From: Bacteroidales bacterium
Lineage (GTDB): Bacteria > Bacteroidota > Bacteroidia > Bacteroidales > UBA3824
Length of the DNA: 64,000 nt
Direction of reading: 5' to 3'
Assembly: GCA_045597465.1 (NCBI GenBank)
Contig: JAZLKG010000035.1
Span: forward strand, 51,740-115,739
In this document: positions 37,777 through 46,699 of the stretch, one piece after another
Numbering within the stretch: position 1 is the first letter of the stretch
Layout of the letters: each line of letters begins with the position of its first letter
The notes under the pieces: model-generated
Seen by the model: the letters and a program-made list of their open reading frames with translations, nothing else
What the model was told of the DNA's origin: nothing
Database searches by the model: none
Made by a program: the position numbers and the translations under genes

Positions 37777-38940
37777 ATGCTTACATACATATTAATATCA
37801 GTGATAGCTATACTTGCCGTATCGGTGGTATACCTCCTTGTGGCGCGCAACCGCATCGTGAGGCGCGCCACCGACCGCGTGCACAGCCGCTACGAGAAAG
37901 AGATAGCCGACCAGGGCTACGAGATCAAGCGGTTGAACTACCTCTATCAGGAGCTCAAGGAAACCGCAAGATATGGCAGCCAGGTGCAGGACGGCAAGTT
38001 TCAGGATAGTGACATAAAGGGTGCCGAGGACCTGATACTGGCACAGAAACGCCTGGCCGCAGAGAAAGAGGACATGGCCCAGCGCAACCGCAAGCTGTGG
38101 GACATGTCGATACAGATACAGAAAGACCGCACACGCATACAGCTGCTGAAAAACGAGCTGGAGCTCAAGCACAAGAACGTGACCGACTCCATAGCCTACG
38201 CCAGGCGAATACAGGATGCCGTATTGCCGAGGGTGGATATCCTCTCTGATGCTTTCGCCGACCATTTCCTCTTCTGGAGGCCCAAGGAGACTGTCTCGGG
38301 CGATTTTTACTGGATGAAACGCGATGGCGACATGGTGGCATTCTGCGTGGCCGACTGCACTGGCCATGGAGTGCCTGGAGCGTTCATGAGCATGATGGGG
38401 GTAACATTCCTGAACGAGGTGTGCTCCCATGTGGGCGTTGACACCAAGCCTTCCGATGTGCTGGAGAAGCTTAGGCAGCTGGTGATAGACACCCTGAAGC
38501 AGGACAACTCGAATCCCATGGAGCCCAAGGACGGCATGGACCTGGCGTTCTGCATCCTGAACCTGAAGACCCGCGTGCTGAGATTCTCGGGCGCCAACAA
38601 TCCCCTCTATCTGGTGCGCGACGCGCAGATTACGGAATACAAGGCCGTGAAATGCCCAATAGGACTATATCCCAAGATAAAGCCATTCGAGACCGTGGAG
38701 CTGCAGACACAGCCGGGCGACTATCTCTATATGTTTTCGGATGGATTTGCCGATCAGTTCAATGGAGCTACCGGCAAGAAGGTTACCTACGGACGCTTCC
38801 GCAACCTGCTCTGCGATATCAACCGCGAGACCTGCGTGGCCTGTGAGCAGCAGCAGCGCCTCGACAAGTTTCTGCTCGACTGGCGTGCCGATTTCATCCA
38901 GATGGACGATGTGCTGATAGGCGGCTTCAGGGTGAAATAG
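37777..38940 (+). CDS. Membrane-anchored PP2C/SpoIIE-family protein phosphatase
   Basis: 387 aa with an N-terminal TM helix (LTYILISVIAILAVSVVYLLVA) followed by RNRIVRR, a coiled coil, then PP2C/SpoIIE motifs (SIAYARRIQDAVLP, SGDFYW, DCTGHGVPGAFMSM, FSDGFADQ). Confidence 0.85.
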   Translation: MLTYILISVIAILAVSVVYLLVARNRIVRRATDRVHSRYEKEIADQGYEIKRLNYLYQELKETARYGSQVQDGKFQDSDIKGAEDLILAQKRLAAEKEDMAQRNRKLWDMSIQIQKDRTRIQLLKNELELKHKNVTDSIAYARRIQDAVLPRVDILSDAFADHFLFWRPKETVSGDFYWMKRDGDMVAFCVADCTGHGVPGAFMSMMGVTFLNEVCSHVGVDTKPSDVLEKLRQLVIDTLKQDNSNPMEPKDGMDLAFCILNLKTRVLRFSGANNPLYLVRDAQITEYKAVKCPIGLYPKIKPFETVELQTQPGDYLYMFSDGFADQFNGATGKKVTYGRFRNLLCDINRETCVACEQQQRLDKFLLDWRADFIQMDDVLIGGFRVK

Positions 38941-39016
38941 GGCCTGAAACCAAAAAAAATTGCGGCGATAATGAAAAAAATATCAAAATCATAAAAAAAA
39001 TACAAAAAAAATAACT

Positions 39017-39024
39017 TATCTTTG
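39017..39024 (+). promoter_or_regulatory. -7 promoter box TATCTTTG for efp
   Basis: Perfect TAnnTTTG, 43 nt upstream of ATG 39067. Confidence 0.5.
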
Positions 39025-39066
39025 TCGCTTGAACAATTATAAACATTATAAAATACATTAAGATTA

Positions 39067-39645
39067 ATGGCAACAACAGCAGATTTGAAAAACGGCCTCT
39101 GTATCAATTTCAACAATGACATTTATACAGTAGTAAGCTTCCAGCATGTAAAGCCTGGCAAGGGTCCAGCTTTCGTACGCACACGTCTCAAGAGCCTTAC
39201 CAACGGCCGCGTGCTCGAGAACACTTTCTCGGCAGGTCACGAGATCGATATCACAAAGATTATCCGTCGTCCATTCTCTTTCCTCTACGAGGAAGGCGAT
39301 GACTACGTATTCATGCAGCAGGAGACATTCGAGCAGATCAACGTTCCAAAGTCCAATATCGAGAACTGGGACCTCTTCCAGGATGGTCAGTACGTAGAGA
39401 TCGTTATCCAGGAGGAGACTGGCAATATCCTTACAGTGGAGCTTCCTCCATTCGTAGTATCAGAGGTAATCTACTCTGAGCCAGGTGTAAAGGGCAACAC
39501 AGCCACCAACACACTCAAGCCTGCCACCATAGCTTCTGCCACAAAGAGCGAGGGCGCCGAGGTGCGTGTTCCTCTCTTCATCAACCAGGGCGACAAGATC
39601 AAGGTTGATACCCGCGACAGATCATACGTGGAAAGAGCCAACTAA
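39067..39645 (+). CDS. efp: Elongation factor P
   Basis: 192 aa. DLKNGLCINFNNDIYTVVSFQHVKPGKGPAFVRTRLKSL is the EF-P domain I signature. Confidence 0.95.
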   Translation: MATTADLKNGLCINFNNDIYTVVSFQHVKPGKGPAFVRTRLKSLTNGRVLENTFSAGHEIDITKIIRRPFSFLYEEGDDYVFMQQETFEQINVPKSNIENWDLFQDGQYVEIVIQEETGNILTVELPPFVVSEVIYSEPGVKGNTATNTLKPATIASATKSEGAEVRVPLFINQGDKIKVDTRDRSYVERAN

Positions 39646-39704
39646 CATGCCTTATTGATGGGCGGCCCCAAGGGGTTTCCCTCACAAAAAATTCTCAGAT
39701 ATTC

Positions 39705-39727
39705 TTGCCGGATATATTGTCCGGCAA
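39705..39727 (+). terminator. Possible efp terminator hairpin
   Basis: TTGCCGGA-TATATTG-TCCGGCAA. T-runs begin only about 10 nt downstream, so this is weak. Confidence 0.35.
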
Positions 39728-39782
39728 CAGTATCTGGTTTTTGTTTTTATTTTTTTTCTAATTTTTTTAATATCCTGATGCC

Positions 39783-41024
39783 ATGGTGGATGGGTCACAG
39801 ACAAATATCTCAAGATTGAAGTTCTCCAACTTTAAGTTGAAGACTCTGCTCGATATTACCGAGGCTATTATCAGCAACTCTACTGTGGACAAGCTTTTGG
39901 CTCAGTATCAGGATCTTCTGGAGAATCAGCTTAATATTCACAAGATTCTCATCTACATATTCCAGGGCGACAGGTGGGAAATCATCATCAAGACTGGTGT
40001 AAGCCCTCAGGATTATCAGAACATAGTTCCCGAGAGCGATTTCCGCGACATTTCAGATATTACGATCACCTATTCGTCGGCCCTCTTCAGGAGTTTCGAT
40101 TACGTGATTCCGGTTCTTAAGGACGGGCACCCGTTCGCCTACGTCCTCATAGGCGATCTCGACGACGTTACAGAGGGCATGGCCCCTTCCATCAAGCACC
40201 TGAATTTTGTGCAGACCTTGTCCAATATCATAATAGTATCGGTGGAGAACCACCGCCTGCTGGAGGAGAACATGCGTCAGGAGCGTTTCAAGAAGGAGCT
40301 CGAGATGGCATCAAGGATGCAGAACATGCTTATCCCAAAGGCCGACCTCTTCTGTGGCGATCCCAATGTTACGGTAGTGCCATTCTATCTGCCTCATTAC
40401 GAGGTGGGCGGCGATTATTACGATTTCGACTATCTTAGCGACCACGAGATGTTTTTCTGCATTGCCGATGTGTCGGGCAAGGGAATGTCGGCGGCAATAC
40501 TCATGAGCAATTTCCAGGCCAGCCTAAAGGCGCTCTTTGTTTCCGAGATGGATCTTCCTACTTTGGTGTCGCGACTCAACAGCATTGTGGTGCGCAACAG
40601 CGATGGCGACAGGTTCATTACCCTTTTTATTGGCCGCTACGATTTCAACACCCACATCCTCAGGTACATAAACGCGGGCCACAATGCGCCGTATCTCTAC
40701 AATTACAATACCGGCGAGATGCAGACCCTTAGGCGCGGGTGCACGGGCATAGGCATGCTCGACGAGTTTCTTGTGCCTCCACAGGAGGGCATTGTGGAGC
40801 TGCGCGACAACAGCAAGCTTATCTGTTTTACCGATGGAGTGGTGGAGATGGAGCGCGACGGCATTCCTGATTTCGGCGATAATGTGGTTCAGCAGTGCAC
40901 CGCATCGCCTCAGAACGTTGACGACACTATCCACAACCTGCTCAAGACACTCGACATCCAGCGTTCCAACCATTCCGTGAGAGATGATGTCACCCTTCTT
41001 GGAATAGATTTCCACATATCATAA
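39783..41024 (+). CDS. SpoIIE/PP2C-family phosphatase with an N-terminal GAF-like sensor region
   Basis: 413 aa. The N-terminal region of about 170 aa is assigned as GAF-like by inference only. It is followed by MASRMQNMLIP, GGDYYDF, DVSGKGMSAAILMSNF and FTDGVVE. Confidence 0.75.
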   Translation: MVDGSQTNISRLKFSNFKLKTLLDITEAIISNSTVDKLLAQYQDLLENQLNIHKILIYIFQGDRWEIIIKTGVSPQDYQNIVPESDFRDISDITITYSSALFRSFDYVIPVLKDGHPFAYVLIGDLDDVTEGMAPSIKHLNFVQTLSNIIIVSVENHRLLEENMRQERFKKELEMASRMQNMLIPKADLFCGDPNVTVVPFYLPHYEVGGDYYDFDYLSDHEMFFCIADVSGKGMSAAILMSNFQASLKALFVSEMDLPTLVSRLNSIVVRNSDGDRFITLFIGRYDFNTHILRYINAGHNAPYLYNYNTGEMQTLRRGCTGIGMLDEFLVPPQEGIVELRDNSKLICFTDGVVEMERDGIPDFGDNVVQQCTASPQNVDDTIHNLLKTLDIQRSNHSVRDDVTLLGIDFHIS

Positions 41025-41043
41025 TCATTCTGCAATATTGATT

Positions 41044-43182
41044 TCAGTACCACCTCATCGCCTGCAGGCCGTCGCCGTATGCGAATGCGCCATCGCGCGC
41101 CACGTAGTGGGTGGCTATGTTGTTGGACGATAGTTCCTTCTCGCGTTTTTCCACAAACCATGCCGTGTTTGATGAGTCGAAAATCACTTCCTGGGCCCCG
41201 AACACATTCTCGGCCTCGTATGGCGTTATATATGTATTGTTTGATATTATCAGGTAGTCCACTTGGTATTTCCCGTTATACATTGCGTTTATCTGGTTGT
41301 TGTTGTTCAGTATCATGAAACTCTTGCCGTTTATCTCGAAATACCTGTCTTTAAGGCTTTGCATGCTGTCCGTCCTTATGTTGCTGATATTGCCGGCTCC
41401 ATATAGGGCCGATATTCCGGAGGTGAGGTTGCGCGAGTTTCTGTCCAGGGAATCAGCGTTGGTGTATATGCTTAGGTTGCTGCCGGAATAAATTGTGTAT
41501 AATGCCGTTTTATTTTTGTTATAGATAATGAGCTGGCTGTTAATATTCCGGACGTATGTAGTTAACACATTACTTGAGATGAATGCTATCACTGCTGCCA
41601 GTGCCGCCTTCAGGTATGCAGTCTTTCTGTAATGCAGCCACAGCAGCATCAGCACTATGGATGCGTATAGCACTATGGCCGCAATATTGGTGATGTATAT
41701 GTCCCTGATGCTGGATATTGGCAGATTCTCTATGCCTGATACAGTGGATGTAAGGGTCTTTAGGAAGAATCCGAGCAACTCGGTCACCCATTCGCACAGG
41801 CTTGTGCTTATGACGCTGGATATCAGTAATATGATGGCCAAAATCATTATTATGTAGCTTAGAGGGATTACCGCTATGTTGGTAATGAGGAAATACACGG
41901 GCCATATACGGAATGTCCTGATACTCAGTACTCCTGTGCCTAACTGTGCGGCCAGCGATACCATCACTATTCCCAATACGCCAGTCTTTAGCCAGTTGGC
42001 TCCCTTGTGTATCAGGTTGCCTGGGGTTGGCTTATCTTCGGGTTTCAGCCTTTCCATTAACGGCATGCACGTTATTATTGATATCACGGCAAGATAGCTG
42101 AGCAGGAATCCCACATTGAATATCAGCATTGGATTTATGAGCAGCAGTATCAGGGCCGATGCCGCCACGGTGTTGTATGTGGAAGATGGCCGCCTGAGCA
42201 TCTGAGAGAATGAGAGCAGGCTGAACATCAGGGCCGACCTGCACACGCTGCTGCTTAATCCCGTGATGGCGGCAAACAGCCACAGTGTTGCTATTATTAT
42301 GGCTCCCTTGAAAATACGCGATTTCAGCCCATTGTTCAGGAAGGACAACAGTGCGCTCGTTATCAGCATTATGATGCCTGTATGGAGTCCTGATACGGCC
42401 AGAATGTGCATTGCGCCGCTGGTTTGGAAAGAGGCTACGGTCTCGTCGTCCAGGTCGTTCTTGTAGCCCAGTGTAAGGGCCTCCAGCACGGCGAGCTCCC
42501 TGCCTGATATTCCCGACTTGCGGTATATGTCTATCAGCCGCTCCCGTATTCTGTAGCCAATTTGTCTGATGCCGTTTCTGTATCCTTGTTTCAGCAGTCT
42601 GAAGTCGCTGTTTTTGATATATGCCTGACAATAGATGCCTTGCATGCCGCAGTGTTTTGCATAGTCGAATTCAAGGGGATTCCCGGAGTTGGTGATATAC
42701 CTGATCTCCGATACAAAACCTATCAGGTCGCCGTATTTTGGTATGTTGTTGGAAGAGTCTTTTTCGAAATAGGCTATTATCCTGTCGCTGTGTTGGTTCA
42801 TCAGCTCTACAGTAGCCTTGTATGATTTGGGTTTCTCCTCGGGAGGCGATGCTATCACTCCGTATTTAATTCCGTCGTTTATCTGTTGGAGGTCGGGACA
42901 TTCTGTCCTGTGGTATGCGGTTATGAGAATGGCTGCCGATATCCACAGGCCGGCAAACGAGAGTCCGTTCATGAAGTTTATCCTGTGGTCGGTTTTCATG
43001 CGGCGGCTCCATGTCGCGTATGCCATCATTGCGGAGAATATGCCTGTCATCACAATTCCCGTTGTAGCGGATATGCTGGCTGTTTCGCCGAGTATGATGC
43101 CTATTATGTAGAATATCAGGATTTTTATCAGCAGGAAATTGTTGATGTCCTCTATCAGGCTCCTGGGCTTGTTGTTCTCCAC
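41044..43182 (-). CDS. comEC: ComEC/Rec2-family DNA internalization channel protein
   Basis: 712 aa and polytopic. The competence-domain core (SGAMHILAVSGLHTGIIM) is typical of ComEC. Confidence 0.85.
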   Translation of the reverse strand: MENNKPRSLIEDINNFLLIKILIFYIIGIILGETASISATTGIVMTGIFSAMMAYATWSRRMKTDHRINFMNGLSFAGLWISAAILITAYHRTECPDLQQINDGIKYGVIASPPEEKPKSYKATVELMNQHSDRIIAYFEKDSSNNIPKYGDLIGFVSEIRYITNSGNPLEFDYAKHCGMQGIYCQAYIKNSDFRLLKQGYRNGIRQIGYRIRERLIDIYRKSGISGRELAVLEALTLGYKNDLDDETVASFQTSGAMHILAVSGLHTGIIMLITSALLSFLNNGLKSRIFKGAIIIATLWLFAAITGLSSSVCRSALMFSLLSFSQMLRRPSSTYNTVAASALILLLINPMLIFNVGFLLSYLAVISIITCMPLMERLKPEDKPTPGNLIHKGANWLKTGVLGIVMVSLAAQLGTGVLSIRTFRIWPVYFLITNIAVIPLSYIIMILAIILLISSVISTSLCEWVTELLGFFLKTLTSTVSGIENLPISSIRDIYITNIAAIVLYASIVLMLLWLHYRKTAYLKAALAAVIAFISSNVLTTYVRNINSQLIIYNKNKTALYTIYSGSNLSIYTNADSLDRNSRNLTSGISALYGAGNISNIRTDSMQSLKDRYFEINGKSFMILNNNNQINAMYNGKYQVDYLIISNNTYITPYEAENVFGAQEVIFDSSNTAWFVEKREKELSSNNIATHYVARDGAFAYGDGLQAMRWY

Positions 43183-43222
43183 TTTTCAGATTAATAAAAA
43201 AGATATCGCCTTTAGGTTGCGT

Positions 43223-43867
43223 TTATTGGTTTTCCAAATACTCATCCTCGTCTTGATACGCTCCATCCTCGGATATTGCAGTTGCGCCTCCCGCGCCCCT
43301 GTTGCAGTATTGCGAAACCCATTTGGGGTCACACATGTCCTTCAGCAGCAGGAAACACATGTCGCCATAGCAAAGGTCCTGAACCTTGTGTATTCCGTAT
43401 TTGCCCAATACTGCAAACTGTTCCTCGCTTGGCAGAATCTCGCTGTCCTCGTTGTTGGCCCAGCCTGGATCAGGCTTGCCTTTTTTCTGATACGGATACT
43501 CTCTGTACCTTAGTTTCCAGAGGTTGCATACAATGTTTGGGTCTTTTATTCCATAGCTCTCAAACAGGTTTTTGCCGAATGGATTGGCCTTGCACCTGAT
43601 TTTCCCCATAGCCCTGTATACAAAACCGTCCATGGTCAATTGGGTGAATTTCAGCTTTTTCTCGAATGTTACATGAATCTCGTAGAAACGCACCAAGTCA
43701 TTGTTGGAGCCTACCAGAAGCCTGAAACCCAGGAAGTCGGTCTCGTCGTCGTCGGGTTCAGATTTCTTTTCTCCATACTCGTCCACCTCGGTAAATCCGT
43801 CTTCGTATTGCGCGTAGCTGATTACCGAAAGCAGCATCATAAATATAAGGATGGCTGTTTTCTTCAT
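43223..43867 (-). CDS. Secreted hypothetical protein
   Basis: 214 aa with a signal peptide (MKKTAILIFMMLLSVISYAQ) and several Cys and Trp residues. I do not recognise a family. It sits 40 nt from each minus-strand neighbour. Confidence 0.55.
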   Translation of the reverse strand: MKKTAILIFMMLLSVISYAQYEDGFTEVDEYGEKKSEPDDDETDFLGFRLLVGSNNDLVRFYEIHVTFEKKLKFTQLTMDGFVYRAMGKIRCKANPFGKNLFESYGIKDPNIVCNLWKLRYREYPYQKKGKPDPGWANNEDSEILPSEEQFAVLGKYGIHKVQDLCYGDMCFLLLKDMCDPKWVSQYCNRGAGGATAISEDGAYQDEDEYLENQ

Positions 43868-43907
43868 GTATTACTTGGCTTGCAATTTATATTGTTTGCT
43901 GACTTCC

Positions 43908-46631
43908 TTACGACAGGCCATGGCTCTTGAACATCTGCACGAAGTTGTTGTCGAGCAGGCTCTTGTATGTAATCATCCAGGATTTCACAAACGATATTAT
44001 CTTGATGAGGGATATGGTCTCGCCCTCGGCGTATGAAGCCCTGTTTGCCTGCAATGTGCTTATAAACACATCGTGGCTCTGTTTGATTTCATCGTATTTG
44101 CCGAAGTTGAAGTCCTTCATATACTTGTCCTCGAAACCGAAGTGGTATCCCGAGTAGTCGATAAGCTCGTCGATGGCCTCCAACACGTTTTTGGCCATTG
44201 ATTTTTTCTTGAACTCTGCATACAGCTTGTTCATGCACTCTACCCATTTGCGAGCCTGAGAGTCTATGATGTTGAGTCCTGTCTTGTAGTCTTCGAAATT
44301 CAGCAGGGTGTATTCATGCTCGAATCCGGGGAGCTCTATCTTGTTTTTCACCAGGAGACCTTCCAGAAGCTCGGTCTTGTTTTCCAGTTCGAATCTCGAT
44401 ATCAGCATCTCCTCCTCGAAGCCCTTGCTCTTGTTGCGCTCCAGCATCAGGTTTGTGAGGTCGTTCAGTACAAATGTGTACAATACCTTGGTGTTGAAGA
44501 TGTTGGCTGTTATGGAGAGCCAGAATTTTATAATCTCGCCCTTCTTGTTGTTCACCTTTATCTCGCGGCCCTTGGTATTCACGATGTTGCCATATTCCGC
44601 CTGCAGGGCCTTAGCCATCTCGTTTTCCTTGGTCTCGAAGCCCAGGATGTTGTATATGCTGCGTCCGAGCACCTCGGCCGACTTGTATCCAAGCAGGCTT
44701 ATGAACAGCTCGTTTACATACTGTATTGTGCCGTCGTCTGTTGTAGTAACGATGGCTGCGGATATAATATTGTAGAGATTCTGCTCGTAATTTTCTCTTT
44801 CCATTACAAGTTTGTTCGACGAGTTGTACTTGCTCTTCAGGTTCTCTATCTCATTGTCCTGAAGCGCAGCCTGTTGCTCAAGGGTCCTGTTTATGGCTTC
44901 CATCTCCTTGAGCTCTCTGTAGAACTCTTCCTCGCGCTTTATGGAGTCTTCCTGGGCGGTCTGCATCTCCTCGATTGTCTGACGCATCTCCTCCTCCTGG
45001 TCTTTCATCTGCTGCGCCTGCTCTTTTGACTGATGCAGCAGGTCGGCCGTACGGGTGTTGATACGTGCGGTCTGCAGTGTTGCGGCTATGGACTCGGCAA
45101 TTTTCTGTACAAGCTCTATCTCATACTGTTTCATCTCGTTGAACGATGCGATCTCTATCACACCCAGGATTTCGTCCTCTATTTTCAGGGGCACGATGAG
45201 TAGGGATTTTGGATTTGCCGATCCTATGCCCGATTCTATCTCTATGTAGTCGTCGGGTATGTCGGTAAGGTAGATAGTGTATTTCTCCTGGGCGCACGAG
45301 CCTACGAGACCCTCGCCGAGGTGTATTTTTTTCTTGATGAATTTCTTTCTGTTGTATGCGTATGCCGAGAGCAGCTCCAGGTATACATCGTTTGGATCCT
45401 GATCCTGATAGAAGAAAATGCCGCCCTGGTTGGCCTTGATGTATTTCACAAGGTTCACCATTATGTCGTCGGCCAGCTCTGACACGTTTTCGGTGTGGTG
45501 GCGCAGAATCTCGGCAAACAGTGCCTGTCCCTCTGTGGTCCAGTTGCGCTGTATATCCTCGCTCTGACGCTTGGCTGCCTCCTTGTTGGCGTTTTCGAGT
45601 GACTTGCGCATGTTGAGCAGCGAGTTGCCAAGTACGTCCTTGTCGGAAAGTGGCTGATACGATGTCTTGAAGTCTCCCTGTCCAATGGCGTGGGCAAACT
45701 CCGATGTCTTCTGCAATCCTATGGTAAGCTGCTCTATAGATGCGGCGGTCATACCTACCTCGTCGTTGTACACCTCGTCCTCGAATTCTGGCAACTCACC
45801 CTCGCTGAGACGCTTGGCGTATTTCATGAGTTTCTCGAGCGGTTTTACGATGAGGCTGGATATGTATATCGACAGCAGCATCGATACTGCTATGCCTATC
45901 AGCATGAATATGATGAGGGTCCTGATATTGCTACCCGATATTGTGGCCGAATTTGCCATGCTCTGGTTTATCAGAGTGTTGGATTTCTGCTCCAGCAGCG
46001 ACAATACCTTGTCTACCTCGTTGTTTATCTTGGTTATCTTCTGATAATGCTTTTTCTGGTCGTTCTTCAGCTCCTTTATGTATTCAGCCGATTGCATTTC
46101 CAGTTTCTCCTTCGGCATCGTGTTGTCTCCGGACAGGTTTTCCGAGTTTCTCTTTTCCAGATTGTTTTTCAGGGCCTCGGGATTCACAAGTTTCATCTGG
46201 ATATCGTAAATCTCGTGGTAGCTGCTTACAAACTCGTTTATCTCACGCTCCACCATCTGAATGGTGTCGCGGAGGTTGTGGCGCAGTATGGGGTCCACTT
46301 TCTTGTTGGCGGCAAATTTCTTAACGCCCTTTATTACGTCGTCCAGCTTGTCGTTGTATTCCTTGTACTCCTTGCGCAGGGTTTTGAGTTCCTTGTCGTT
46401 TTTGGCCAAGCTCAAATTACGCAGCACGTTCATATCCTTGGCCAGCAGATACTTTATCTGCGCAGCCGTGGAGTTCATGTCCTTGGCAAACTTTATCAGC
46501 TCGTTGGTCTGATTCACGTTTTCCAGAGAGTTGTATTGGAATATGCCCAGCAAGAAGAAGATCGCGGTTACCATGAAGAAACCCACGATTATCTTGCTCC
46601 TTATGCTCAAGTTATATATTAATTGTCTCAT
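43908..46631 (-). CDS. Membrane sensor protein: helical N-terminal sensor, TM, HAMP, GAF, coiled coil, PAS and a hemerythrin-like C-terminus; no recognisable output domain
   Basis: 907 aa with two TM segments (residues about 14-34 and 245-265), a HAMP-like SLIVKPLEKLMKYAKRLSEGEL, a GAF-like core (GEGLVGSCAQEKYTIYLTDIP...LLIVPLKIEDEILGVIEIASF), PAS-like TTTDDGTIQYVNELFISLLGYKSAEVLG, and a C-terminal region aligned by eye to bacteriohemerythrin. Confidence 0.65.
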   Translation of the reverse strand: MRQLIYNLSIRSKIIVGFFMVTAIFFLLGIFQYNSLENVNQTNELIKFAKDMNSTAAQIKYLLAKDMNVLRNLSLAKNDKELKTLRKEYKEYNDKLDDVIKGVKKFAANKKVDPILRHNLRDTIQMVEREINEFVSSYHEIYDIQMKLVNPEALKNNLEKRNSENLSGDNTMPKEKLEMQSAEYIKELKNDQKKHYQKITKINNEVDKVLSLLEQKSNTLINQSMANSATISGSNIRTLIIFMLIGIAVSMLLSIYISSLIVKPLEKLMKYAKRLSEGELPEFEDEVYNDEVGMTAASIEQLTIGLQKTSEFAHAIGQGDFKTSYQPLSDKDVLGNSLLNMRKSLENANKEAAKRQSEDIQRNWTTEGQALFAEILRHHTENVSELADDIMVNLVKYIKANQGGIFFYQDQDPNDVYLELLSAYAYNRKKFIKKKIHLGEGLVGSCAQEKYTIYLTDIPDDYIEIESGIGSANPKSLLIVPLKIEDEILGVIEIASFNEMKQYEIELVQKIAESIAATLQTARINTRTADLLHQSKEQAQQMKDQEEEMRQTIEEMQTAQEDSIKREEEFYRELKEMEAINRTLEQQAALQDNEIENLKSKYNSSNKLVMERENYEQNLYNIISAAIVTTTDDGTIQYVNELFISLLGYKSAEVLGRSIYNILGFETKENEMAKALQAEYGNIVNTKGREIKVNNKKGEIIKFWLSITANIFNTKVLYTFVLNDLTNLMLERNKSKGFEEEMLISRFELENKTELLEGLLVKNKIELPGFEHEYTLLNFEDYKTGLNIIDSQARKWVECMNKLYAEFKKKSMAKNVLEAIDELIDYSGYHFGFEDKYMKDFNFGKYDEIKQSHDVFISTLQANRASYAEGETISLIKIISFVKSWMITYKSLLDNNFVQMFKSHGLS

Positions 46632-46699
46632 TTTCTATAAGATTTTCTTATTTTCCAATCAAACAGCGTACCGCTTTTTATGTTTTTTGTATCAGGCTC

